Assembly: GCA_018656005.1 (NCBI GenBank)
Contig: JABHZW010000034.1
Span: 2,495-66,494, forward strand
Reading direction: 5' to 3'
Source: Candidatus Pseudelusimicrobium marinum
Lineage (GTDB): Bacteria; Elusimicrobiota; Elusimicrobia; Elusimicrobiales; Elusimicrobiaceae
Length of the DNA: 64,000 nucleotides
In this document: one piece after another, positions 53,986 to 62,978 of the stretch
How the letters are laid out: each line of letters starts with the position of its first letter
Numbering within the stretch: position 1 is the stretch's first letter
The notes under the pieces: model-generated
Database searches by the model: none
What the model saw: the letters and a program-made list of their open reading frames with translations, nothing else
Told to the model about the DNA's origin: nothing
Made by a program: the position numbers and the translations under genes

Positions 53986-55470
53986 ATGAATCAAAAGGAT
54001 TTTTTATATAAATTTCATAAACATCTAAACAAGCCGTACTCCAGCTTTAAAGAGCTGATAGAGGATGCTCTAATTTTAATGGAAAAAGAATTAGGAGTAG
54101 ATAAAATTTACTTTTTTAACTGGTATCCGCAAGAAGAAATTTTATCTTTAGAAATGTTATGTTCGGGTGGAATTTGCACTCCACTTCAAGAAGAAATTTA
54201 TTTAAATAAAAAATCCACATTAAGAAAAAACTTAACTGTAAGAACTCCATATATATCTAAATTTATGGAATACACAACAATGTATATCGAGGTAGAATGG
54301 AATAGTGTGTCAGAAAAATCTGTAAAAAAGCACGGGGTTTTAAGAATAGAAAGAACAGATAAAAATAAACCATTTACAAAAAAAGAAGCTATGTTTGCTA
54401 ATGAAATAGCAAAGGAACTTTCACATAATATGTCCAATGCACAAAGTGATCAATATTACGCAACTCGCTTAAAAAGAGTAGATGCTTTAAACGAACTCAG
54501 TAAAATTTTTGCAACATCAATGCGGATTAAAGATAGTGTTGGTTATATACTTTCTGGCATACAAAAATATTTTGGTTTTGATAGGGTTCGCCTTTATTTA
54601 GAAGACAAAAAAGCAGGCGAATTTTTTGATGGAATTTCGGTAGATTTAAGTTCCAAAATAACAAATATAAAACTCAAAAATTTAACCAAACAAGAAAGAG
54701 ATTTTATTTCTGGTATGCAAAATAAATTTAATGCAGGTTCAACAGAATCTTACATTTATTTACCGCTAAAAGTTAAGCAAAAACAACTGGGTTTTTTAGT
54801 GTGTGATAATTTACTTTCTCGTGTAAATATTTCTTATGAAGATTTTATTTATCTTCGTCAATTTTCGTCGCAAATTGCACTATCTTTAGACAATGCTTTA
54901 TTGTTTGATAAAGTTAAAGAACTTTCCAATTTTGACGAGCTCACCGGACTTGCAGTAAGACGCTATTTTGATCAAAGATTAAAAGAAGAAGTTTACCGAA
55001 GTAAAAGATTTAAAACACCATTTGCATTAATTGTTGCAGACATAGATTGGTTCAAAAATATTAACGATAAAATGGGTCATCCAGCGGGTGATTGGGTATT
55101 AAAAAAAGTGTCCGAAATAATAAAAAATAATTTAAGACAAAGCGACTTTTGTGCAAGATATGGTGGCGATGAAATTACTATGCTTTTGCCACGCACAAAT
55201 CAAAAAGAAGCGAAACAATTGGCTGTTCGTTTACAAAAAAAGATAAGCGAATTAAAAATGCCAAAACAATTTTTTGTTGATACAGATATTGAAATATCTG
55301 TAAGTCAAGGGGTTAGTGTTTTTCCTAAAGATGGCAAAACTTATACGGATATAATCAAAAAAGCAGATAAGGCCTTATATTTTGCTAAGAATCGAGGAAG
55401 GGGAGGGGTTTTTCTATACGAAGAAATGATGGCTAAAAGTAGAAAAAAAGGGGTTATCAGAAAAAAATAG
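53986..55470 (+). CDS. GAF-like sensor diguanylate cyclase (GGDEF)
   Basis: The C-terminal GGDEF domain has FDELTGLAVRRYF, the I-site RQSD five residues before the active-site RYGGDEI, and ALYFAKNRGRG. Confidence 0.85.
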   Translation: MNQKDFLYKFHKHLNKPYSSFKELIEDALILMEKELGVDKIYFFNWYPQEEILSLEMLCSGGICTPLQEEIYLNKKSTLRKNLTVRTPYISKFMEYTTMYIEVEWNSVSEKSVKKHGVLRIERTDKNKPFTKKEAMFANEIAKELSHNMSNAQSDQYYATRLKRVDALNELSKIFATSMRIKDSVGYILSGIQKYFGFDRVRLYLEDKKAGEFFDGISVDLSSKITNIKLKNLTKQERDFISGMQNKFNAGSTESYIYLPLKVKQKQLGFLVCDNLLSRVNISYEDFIYLRQFSSQIALSLDNALLFDKVKELSNFDELTGLAVRRYFDQRLKEEVYRSKRFKTPFALIVADIDWFKNINDKMGHPAGDWVLKKVSEIIKNNLRQSDFCARYGGDEITMLLPRTNQKEAKQLAVRLQKKISELKMPKQFFVDTDIEISVSQGVSVFPKDGKTYTDIIKKADKALYFAKNRGRGGVFLYEEMMAKSRKKGVIRKK

Positions 55471-55646
55471 TTGACTTTTTGCCGAAAAGTTGCAAAAATT
55501 TAAGTAGTGTATACAAATCTATTTACAGAATGACAACTTAATATACTTAATATATATAATAGTTATTGATTTTAGTTTAGGGATAGTTCTGCAACAATTT
55601 TGGACACACAAATCTCTAAGGATATTTTATTTATGGAGCTTAAACT

Positions 55647-58600
55647 ATGAAAAAGTTTTTCAAATTAACTACTTTAAATTTAACCCTCTCAATTTTATCT
55701 CTAATAATCTTCAGCAATATTTCTTTTGCTGCTGGCCCAACAGCTTATGTTGGTAATATTTACACCCTGTTTGAAGAAGCAGGCGATCCTACCCAATGTG
55801 TGCTTACAAGTACTACTTCAGCTACAGATGTAAGTTTCTTAACTGCAGGAACTTTCGGTGATTGTACTTCAACAGATCCTTGGGTATGTTCTGCACTTAT
55901 AGAGTTTGACCAACCAAAAGCAACTACAGCATATCCAGACCATTGTTTAGCATTATGTGCAAACATAACTTGTGTTTCAACAGATACTGCTGGCGGTAAT
56001 TTCCCAATTAACGAATTTACTTTTGAGGTTTTTAAATTTGAAGGACAAGTCGGTGGTAACTTAGAAGATGAAAATGTTTACCCAACAATTCGTTCCATAA
56101 GCTTAGACACAAGTGCAGATATTAATGGTGTAGTAGAGTGTGTTACTGGTACTGGTGTTTCAACAATGACTTTCTGTACAGCATGGGACGGGCATTATCC
56201 GTTTGAAGGAAACTTTGCAAAAACTAATGGACAATTTGGTTTCAGAGCAAGAATGGCAGTAGACTATCCCGGCGACGGTATCAACTTTGACAGAATTACT
56301 ATCGATGATGTTTCTGCATATCCAGGTGTTAACCAAATTCCAATTCAGGTGGATGTCTCGGACATTCATAGTGTAACAAGTTCAACAACAATTGTTGGTA
56401 CATCACCAGCAGTGGCAGCATCTCCATACTTTTTAAATTACAGGTTAAGTAAAGAGTCCACTGTATCCATTGACATATACGATGCTAATTCTGCGGATGT
56501 TATTGATACCTTGTTTATTCCCGCAGGTGGTTCAGGATATGTTAACGGTGAGACTGTTACATTACTGGGTTCAGTAGGAAGCACAAATGGAACTGGTACA
56601 GCTACTGTTGTTGCTGGAGGTGGTGTATTTGCGGTAACTGCTGTTACTGTAACTGATGGTGGAACAGGTCATGCTGTAGGTAATACTATTACCATACAAG
56701 GAAGTGGTTCAGGTGCAGTAGGATCAGTTACTACAGTATCAGCAATAGCCGTAAATCCAGATAGAACATTGATAACCAATCAGCCAAGAACAGGTGAAGG
56801 TATTCCAACACCAAGCATATTAAACTCAGACGCATGGGACGGCAGAAATGATACAGGACGACTACTTCCTGCAGGCAATTATTTGGCTTATATAACAGCA
56901 CAATCCTTTGACGAATTTGATTATAACACTACAGGTACTGCAGATGTCGCAAGAAGCAAAACACATCAAATTTCTTTAGACCCTCTACAAATTACAGATG
57001 TAGCTATAACTGGTTTAGCACAACAATCTACCAGTTATGCCAAAATAGATTTATTGCTAACAGAATCTGCTAAAGTGTATTGGGAAATTTACGAACCTGG
57101 TACAGAAGTCACCACTTTATACACAGGTACACTTGGTGGCGGTACGCTTACCGCACCGGGTATTGGACCGGTAGTACCATCTGGTAGTTTAGTAGCAAGA
57201 TATGTAGAACAAAAACCATTAAGAACCCCAGAAGATTTAAAATGGGACGGCACTTGTAATGCAACGGCAACAGTATCTGCTTGTAATACAGGTGCAACTT
57301 ATGGTTTAGGTGTTCCATTAGCAGATGGCAATTATCCTTATGCATTGTGGGCAGAAATTCCATATGAAACAGGTGCAAATACAGAAAATGTAAAAACAGT
57401 TCAATATTATACAGGTTATATTCCTGTTGAAAGAGGGCTTGTAGAAACAACTGTAAATTCTATAGGTTATACAACCGTGGGTTCTTCGCCAACTGCATAT
57501 AATATAGATCCATTTGTATTCCAATACTCTATAAATAGAGATGCACTCGTAGATATGAAAATTTTGACAAACGATGGTGCAGAAGCAGTAAGAACACTTT
57601 TCACAACTCAAACGGTACAGGGTAGTTTCCAAAACCAAGAAGTATGGAATGGTATAGACGATACTGGCAGATATGTAGGTCCAGGTACATATATGTTGCA
57701 AATAGTAACACAAGATGCCTTATTCCCAACAGAGCCAACAAAAAGAACTACAACAACAGTATTCTTCCCAGTAGATTTATTTAGAGTTGTAGATGTAGAA
57801 GCCACAAACTTATTAGGTGGAGAAGGGGAAACAGCGGATATTTCCTACACACTATCTAAAAGTATGCAGGCATATTTGCGTATTTATGCTTTGGGTACTG
57901 AGATACCTACAAACGGTCAATGGCCACCTTCAATAGCGACAATAGGTACACCAATAAAAACATTTGCAGGTGCATTGTTACCAGGTGAAAATTTAAGAAT
58001 AACAGAATTATGGGACGGGTTAGACGACAATGGTAATGTATTGCCCGATGGCGAATATCCATTCTTTATAGAGGCAAAAACTCCAGCAACAACAGAAGTT
58101 GCAGTTTATTATGATGCTAACGGAGATTCACAAACTGTAACAAATACAGCAAGTTATCCTGCGACAGATAGGGTAACAGGTTTTGTAAAAATTGTAAGAG
58201 GTCAGATAGAATTTAAAACAGACAGCTTAAAATCTGTAGCAACCAAACCTACTTTAATATATACAAGCGAAAACGTTTCTACACCTCCGTACGAAATTCA
58301 ATTTGAAGTTTTACAAGAAGCAGAAGTTTCAGTTGAAATTTTAGCAACGGCGGCATCTTCTTCTGCGGTATGTCCTGCAGAGGGTGATACTTGTAGAACA
58401 TTAACAAAAACCGCAGGTGAAGTATTTGATGCAGACCTAGTACATTCATTATTCTGGGATGCAAAAGATAGTAATGGTGCTTATGTCCCAACAGGAGCAT
58501 ACAGAGTTAAGTTTTCAGCACTAGATCACCCAGATAACCTCCAAGATGCTAATATAAGATACTTAAACCAAGTTGTAGATTATGAAGTCTACGATATTGA

Positions 58601-59417
58601 AAGAACTTTTATAAGTCCACAAAGCCCAACAGCATTAATAGGGTATCAGGTAGGCGTACCAATGAAAGTTGGTATACAAATATTCAAACCAGGTACTGGT
58701 ATTCAAGCAGATGGTACATTACTTTACCAAGGTGCTGCAATATCTAGTGTCAACGAAGTATTAGTAAAAAGTATAGTTGGTTTGCGAACAGAAAGAATTG
58801 GTTTAGAAGATTTCTGGGACGGTTCAGACTTTGCACTTCAAACAGTACCAGACGGAAATTATATATTCAGATTTGTAACAAGTACAGATTATAGAGCAAT
58901 AGATAGTGTAACTGGTGGCTTAGCAACTGGTTATACAGTGTCAAGTCTTGCGGATTTAGAGGCATATGGCACTTCTTATAATATAGAAGTAGGTAGCGGA
59001 GACAGTGGCTTTGTATGTGATGATTGGGAAAATTACACAATTTTCTATCCAAACCCATTAAGACAAGCAACTGGTACTATGGAAGTAACAAAAATACCGA
59101 TACCAGGAAATGTATCTATAAAAGTATACAATTTGGCTGCAGATTTGGTCAGAAGCAGAAATTACGAATGTATAGACCTAGATGGTAATACACAAACTAT
59201 GACAGAAAGTTTATCTGTACAGCCAAACTTCACATTCAGCTCCCCATCGGGTTCTACAACAACATTAAGAAACGCAGAGTTAAGATGTACATGGGATAAA
59301 AAGAACAATCATGGCAAGAATGTGGCAAGAGGTATATATTTTGTGATGACAGAGTTTAAAGCAACATCAGGTGGCGGACAACATTGTTTTGCAGTAGAGA
59401 AGGTATTAATACCATAA
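55647..59417 (+). CDS. 1256-aa secreted surface protein with about 8 FlgD-Ig-like repeats and a T9SS-type C-terminal sorting-like domain
   Basis: Signal peptide ..NISFAAG. Recurrent W(D/N)G.D..G..(V/L)P.G.Y motifs (DAWDGRNDTGRLLPAGNY, EVWNGIDDTGRYVGPGTY, ELWDGLDDNGNVLPDGEY, LFWDAKDSNGAYVPTGAY, DFWDGSDFALQTVPDGNY). The C-terminus reads YPNPL...VSIKVYNLAADLV...CTWDKKNNHGKNVARGIYFV. Confidence 0.8.
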   Translation: MKKFFKLTTLNLTLSILSLIIFSNISFAAGPTAYVGNIYTLFEEAGDPTQCVLTSTTSATDVSFLTAGTFGDCTSTDPWVCSALIEFDQPKATTAYPDHCLALCANITCVSTDTAGGNFPINEFTFEVFKFEGQVGGNLEDENVYPTIRSISLDTSADINGVVECVTGTGVSTMTFCTAWDGHYPFEGNFAKTNGQFGFRARMAVDYPGDGINFDRITIDDVSAYPGVNQIPIQVDVSDIHSVTSSTTIVGTSPAVAASPYFLNYRLSKESTVSIDIYDANSADVIDTLFIPAGGSGYVNGETVTLLGSVGSTNGTGTATVVAGGGVFAVTAVTVTDGGTGHAVGNTITIQGSGSGAVGSVTTVSAIAVNPDRTLITNQPRTGEGIPTPSILNSDAWDGRNDTGRLLPAGNYLAYITAQSFDEFDYNTTGTADVARSKTHQISLDPLQITDVAITGLAQQSTSYAKIDLLLTESAKVYWEIYEPGTEVTTLYTGTLGGGTLTAPGIGPVVPSGSLVARYVEQKPLRTPEDLKWDGTCNATATVSACNTGATYGLGVPLADGNYPYALWAEIPYETGANTENVKTVQYYTGYIPVERGLVETTVNSIGYTTVGSSPTAYNIDPFVFQYSINRDALVDMKILTNDGAEAVRTLFTTQTVQGSFQNQEVWNGIDDTGRYVGPGTYMLQIVTQDALFPTEPTKRTTTTVFFPVDLFRVVDVEATNLLGGEGETADISYTLSKSMQAYLRIYALGTEIPTNGQWPPSIATIGTPIKTFAGALLPGENLRITELWDGLDDNGNVLPDGEYPFFIEAKTPATTEVAVYYDANGDSQTVTNTASYPATDRVTGFVKIVRGQIEFKTDSLKSVATKPTLIYTSENVSTPPYEIQFEVLQEAEVSVEILATAASSSAVCPAEGDTCRTLTKTAGEVFDADLVHSLFWDAKDSNGAYVPTGAYRVKFSALDHPDNLQDANIRYLNQVVDYEVYDIERTFISPQSPTALIGYQVGVPMKVGIQIFKPGTGIQADGTLLYQGAAISSVNEVLVKSIVGLRTERIGLEDFWDGSDFALQTVPDGNYIFRFVTSTDYRAIDSVTGGLATGYTVSSLADLEAYGTSYNIEVGSGDSGFVCDDWENYTIFYPNPLRQATGTMEVTKIPIPGNVSIKVYNLAADLVRSRNYECIDLDGNTQTMTESLSVQPNFTFSSPSGSTTTLRNAELRCTWDKKNNHGKNVARGIYFVMTEFKATSGGGQHCFAVEKVLIP

Positions 59418-59426
59418 TTTTAGTAG

Positions 59427-59463
59427 GTCATTCTCGCACATTAGTGCGGGAATCCAGTATAAA
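59427..59463 (+). repeat. single family A hairpin unit between the giant gene and the PorV-like gene
   Basis: GTCATTCTCGCACATTAGTGCGGGAATCCAGTATAAA matches 41901-41937 at 36 of 37 positions. Confidence 0.9.
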
Positions 59464-59482
59464 TTAAGAAGGGATTTAAAAC

Positions 59483-60451
59483 ATGAAAAATAAAAAACAC
59501 TTATTAACTTTTGTACTAGCGGTTTTATTACCTGTTAGTGTCTATGCAGGTGGCGAGGAAGACCTTGGTACTTCTGCGAGCTCATTCTTAAAAATCGGTG
59601 CTGGTGCTCCAACAGCACAAGCATTAGGTAATGCTTATGTATCCATAGCAGAAGGCTCGGAAGCTTTATTTTGGAATCCTGCAGGTATAGCAGGTGCTGA
59701 CGATAAAGAATTCCAGTTTTCATATTTAGACTGGCTTCAAGGTTATAAAGCAAGAACCTTAGCATATGTTACCCCAATGGGTGGTGGATCGGTGCTTGGT
59801 ATCACTGCAAACTATATGGACTTAAAAGATTTTAATTGTACTTTAGCAGATGGTACACCTTGTGTGAGTGATGATATATATGTAAGAAACTTTATAGGAA
59901 GTTTAAGTTTAGCACATGATTTTTATACAGAAATTTTTAAAGCTGGTGTAACAGCAAAGTATATTACAGAAAATAATGACGGCAGTCATTACACAAATAT
60001 GGCTTTTGATATTGGTGGAATAGTACAAGCAACAGATTGGCTTAGTTTAGGACTAGCTTTCCAAAACTTAGGCGATTCTAAAGAAGTACCAACAGTTTTA
60101 AGATTAGGTGGTGGACTTCACTCAAGATACTTAACAGTATCTGTAGAAATGGCAGAATATGCAGACGATGAAGCACGATATGGTATAGGTGTAGAAGTTC
60201 ATGTACCAGAAGACATCATAGAATTTGGGCATTTTGGTTTAAGAGTAGGTTATTATACAAGGGATAGTCATGGTTTAAGCGATAACTCTTTGGTAAACAG
60301 ACTTAACTTGGCAGATAGTTCCAAAATATCTTTTGGTTTTGGTTTAGATACAGGCAAAATTTTCGGATACGGAGTATCCATAGATTATGCAATGACACCT
60401 TATGGTGCATTGGGAGAGGCACATCAACTTGGTTTAGGCATACAGTGGTAA
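59483..60451 (+). CDS. PorV/PorQ-like outer-membrane beta-barrel protein
   Basis: Signal peptide, then SASSFLKIGAGAPTAQALGNAYVSIAEGSEALFWNPAGIA and a beta-barrel strand pattern. Confidence 0.7.
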   Translation: MKNKKHLLTFVLAVLLPVSVYAGGEEDLGTSASSFLKIGAGAPTAQALGNAYVSIAEGSEALFWNPAGIAGADDKEFQFSYLDWLQGYKARTLAYVTPMGGGSVLGITANYMDLKDFNCTLADGTPCVSDDIYVRNFIGSLSLAHDFYTEIFKAGVTAKYITENNDGSHYTNMAFDIGGIVQATDWLSLGLAFQNLGDSKEVPTVLRLGGGLHSRYLTVSVEMAEYADDEARYGIGVEVHVPEDIIEFGHFGLRVGYYTRDSHGLSDNSLVNRLNLADSSKISFGFGLDTGKIFGYGVSIDYAMTPYGALGEAHQLGLGIQW

Positions 60452-60472
60452 GCTAGGTTGTAAAAAGGTGGT

Positions 60473-60637
60473 ATGAAAAGAATAAAAAATAAAAAAGGGC
60501 AAATAGCGGTAGAATACATAATGGCAGCAGCTTTTTTATTTGCAGCATTTGCGTTATTTTATAAATATTATTCTTGGATAACACCAAAACAATTTGAACA
60601 GGGTGCGAAAATAATATTAACGGTTAACGAAGAATAA
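60473..60637 (+). CDS. Flp/Fap-type pilin-like small protein (54 aa)
   Basis: Below the ORF-track cutoff. AAGGTGG lies upstream. Hand translation gives MKRIKNKKG|QIAVEYIMAAAFLFAAFALF..., which fits the Flp G/xxxxEY processing motif plus a hydrophobic helix. Confidence 0.65.
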   Translation: MKRIKNKKGQIAVEYIMAAAFLFAAFALFYKYYSWITPKQFEQGAKIILTVNEE

Positions 60638-60654
60638 TTAGGAGGATAAATAGA

Positions 60655-60867
60655 ATGCTTAAATTATCAATAAAGGTAAATAACTTTTTGGACAAACAAA
60701 AACAATTGCTAAAAAAACAAGATGGTCAAAATACAATTGAATATTTGTTTATGTTAGGTATCATCGTGGTAGTAGTCGGCATAGTTGGGGTTGCAATAAA
60801 GAAATTTATGCCTGATTTGTTTGAAAAAATCCAAGCAAAAATTATGGGTCAAGCAGACCAAATATAG
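60655..60867 (+). CDS. flp: Flp family type IVb pilin
   Basis: TAGGAGG lies upstream. The sequence ..KKQDG|QNTIEYLFMLGIIVVVVGIVGVAI has the Flp motif. Confidence 0.8.
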   Translation: MLKLSIKVNNFLDKQKQLLKKQDGQNTIEYLFMLGIIVVVVGIVGVAIKKFMPDLFEKIQAKIMGQADQI

Positions 60868-60914
60868 TTTTGTTGAAAATTTGTTATTTGAAAATATCGT
60901 AAGAGGTGTGTTTC

Positions 60915-61379
60915 GTGAAAAATTGTAAGGGACAAAGTGCAATTGAGCTATTGTTAGTATTACCTATATTTATGCTTCTAATATTTTTTATATTAGAGCT
61001 TGGAAATATAGCGTATCATACAATTTTGGCAAACCACACTTCTTATGAACTAGCACGAATAGGTTCTATGGTAGCTGTGAGAGAGCATGGTGGCAAGGCA
61101 GATAGTTATGTCGCCGAATATAGAATGAAAAACGCGCTAGAAAAAATGTTTAAAAGAGATGCAAGGTATATGAGTGTTAGTGCTGTAATACAGCCAACTG
61201 GAAAAGACCCGCAAACAAAAGGACATGTAAACGAAGATTTGATAGTAACATTGGTGTATCCAATAAGATTGATATTTCCGGGTACAAAATATGTATTTGC
61301 AGACAAGCCTAAAAAGTTAGGCAAAAAAAGAGTAAAGGCAGTGGTAAGAATGCCTATTGAAAAACCACTTTTAAATTAA
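60915..61379 (+). CDS. tadE: TadE-like pseudopilin / pilus assembly protein
   Basis: KGQSAIELLLVLPIFMLLIFFILELG is the TadE N-terminal motif. GTG 60915 lies 8 nt after AAGAGG; the ORF-track GTG 60906 is an alternative. Confidence 0.75.
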   Translation: MKNCKGQSAIELLLVLPIFMLLIFFILELGNIAYHTILANHTSYELARIGSMVAVREHGGKADSYVAEYRMKNALEKMFKRDARYMSVSAVIQPTGKDPQTKGHVNEDLIVTLVYPIRLIFPGTKYVFADKPKKLGKKRVKAVVRMPIEKPLLN

Positions 61380-61421
61380 AAAGATTTTTAGTTAATTAAA
61401 AATTTACAGAGGAGTAATAAT

Positions 61422-62183
61422 ATGTTGAAAAAAGGTTTAATGTTTCCATTATTTTTAGCTATCATCGCTGCACTAATCTACTTTATGGTAGTATCCAGTG
61501 CTGAAAGAAGAGCAAAAGGAAAGCAACGGCTTGTGCCAGTTGCGATATCTGCATTTGATATCCCAGAAAGAAATGTAATAAGACAAGGTATGGTGCGAGT
61601 AGCAAAAATACCTGCAGGTTATGCACAAAAAGATAGTTTTGAAATAAGAACTACTACAGATTTAAATGTGTTAAACGGAATGGTCACCAAAGTAAAAATC
61701 CCCAAAGGCAACCAGATAACAAAACATATGGTATCCAGTTTAACAGGAGATATAGGGTTAAGTGTAAAAGTTCCACAACGATACAGAGGTATGGTTATAG
61801 AGGTAGATAATGCAGTAAGCCAGTTAGTAAAACCAGGCGATAAAGTGGACATAATTGTAACATTAGAGGTGTACATAAGGGGCATAAAAAGACCAGTTTC
61901 ATTTACAATACTTCAAAACCAAACGGTTTTGGGTGTAGGTAATAATTTAGGACAAGGAATCAATGCACAGATGGCAAAAAGTAATAAAGAAAAACAACTA
62001 GAAGCGGCAGCATATACCAATACATCTGCATTGAGTTTGCAATTATCTCCATTAGATGCACAATACCTAGCACTAACAAAAAGTGTAGCGGACGAAATTA
62101 CAGTTGTTGTAAGAGCTATTGGAGATGAGGAAATTTATCCTCTAGAAATGTCGGACTTAACAAGGTTAAGCAGTGGTAATTAG
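61422..62183 (+). CDS. cpaB: Flp pilus assembly protein CpaB/RcpC
   Basis: N-terminal TM helix, a SAF-like domain (IPERNVIRQGMV) and an RcpC-type beta domain (VKPGDKVDIIVT). The genomic context supports the call. Confidence 0.75.
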   Translation: MLKKGLMFPLFLAIIAALIYFMVVSSAERRAKGKQRLVPVAISAFDIPERNVIRQGMVRVAKIPAGYAQKDSFEIRTTTDLNVLNGMVTKVKIPKGNQITKHMVSSLTGDIGLSVKVPQRYRGMVIEVDNAVSQLVKPGDKVDIIVTLEVYIRGIKRPVSFTILQNQTVLGVGNNLGQGINAQMAKSNKEKQLEAAAYTNTSALSLQLSPLDAQYLALTKSVADEITVVVRAIGDEEIYPLEMSDLTRLSSGN

Positions 62184-62203
62184 CCTCAAGGAGAAAACAC
62201 AAT

Positions 62204-62947
62204 ATGAATATTAAGTTCTTTTTAAAAAAACCCTTAGCAATACTATTTATTTTAATGCTTGGTACAAATTTATTTTCAGCGAAAACAAAACTAGTAGCTG
62301 TAAGTGCCGATATTGTTGAAATAAGAGGCTCGCTATCTAGAACGGTAGGTTTTTCGTGGACCGATGCAATAACATTTGGAGAATCTAGAATACCAAGTAT
62401 GTTCACTCTCGGCGAATTTGAAAGACTAACCGCTCTTCAAACAACACTTCGTTTACTTGAAACGGAAGGTAAGGCACAGATATTATCCAACCCCAAGGTA
62501 ATAGCTAAAACTGGTACAACCGCTAACTTTTTAGCAGGTGGTAGTTTCCCGGTTCCATATGCAAATTCCAGCGGGGGGATAGGTGCAGATTTTAAAGATT
62601 ATGGTGTAGCCTTAAATGTTTTACCAACTATAATTGTTGAAAGAGGAAATGTTATAGATGTTCAAATAGAATTAGAACTATCTAGACCAGACTATTCCAG
62701 ACCACTTGTTATAGCAGGTACAACAATACCAGCTATTAACAGCAGAAAAATGTCCACACATGTGGAACTTGATAGTGGTGAAACCTTGGTAATAAGTGGA
62801 CTTAAAACAAGCAGTAAAGATACCTCCTATAGAAGAGTGCCGTTTTTAGGCAGGATACCACTTATTGGTGCATTATTTACAAATAAAGAAACAGTGGAAG
62901 AGCAAGTATCATTATTCCTATTTGTAACGGTGGAAATAGTAGAATAG
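62204..62947 (+). CDS. cpaC: short secretin-domain protein (CpaC/RcpA-like, 247 aa)
   Basis: Signal peptide, then secretin C-domain motifs ILSNPKVIAKTGTTANFLAGG, TLVISGL and VPFLGRIPLIGALF. N-terminal ring-building domains are largely absent. Confidence 0.75.
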   Translation: MNIKFFLKKPLAILFILMLGTNLFSAKTKLVAVSADIVEIRGSLSRTVGFSWTDAITFGESRIPSMFTLGEFERLTALQTTLRLLETEGKAQILSNPKVIAKTGTTANFLAGGSFPVPYANSSGGIGADFKDYGVALNVLPTIIVERGNVIDVQIELELSRPDYSRPLVIAGTTIPAINSRKMSTHVELDSGETLVISGLKTSSKDTSYRRVPFLGRIPLIGALFTNKETVEEQVSLFLFVTVEIVE

Positions 62948-62978
62948 AAAATTTAAAAGATTAAAAAAGGGCACTTAT

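Noticed and set aside
55632-55650. Five-codon mini-ORF (ATGGAGCTTAAACTATGA) whose stop overlaps the start of the giant gene, a possible leader peptide.
   Set aside because: Its GGAG is better explained as the Shine-Dalgarno sequence of ATG 55647 (8-nt spacing). The mini-ORF has no independent RBS.
55760-59070. Several 65-131-aa minus-strand ORFs lie inside the giant surface-protein gene (for example 57148-57450 and 57318-57713).
   Set aside because: All are antisense to a 1256-codon ORF with a clear repeat and domain structure. None has an RBS or a recognisable motif.
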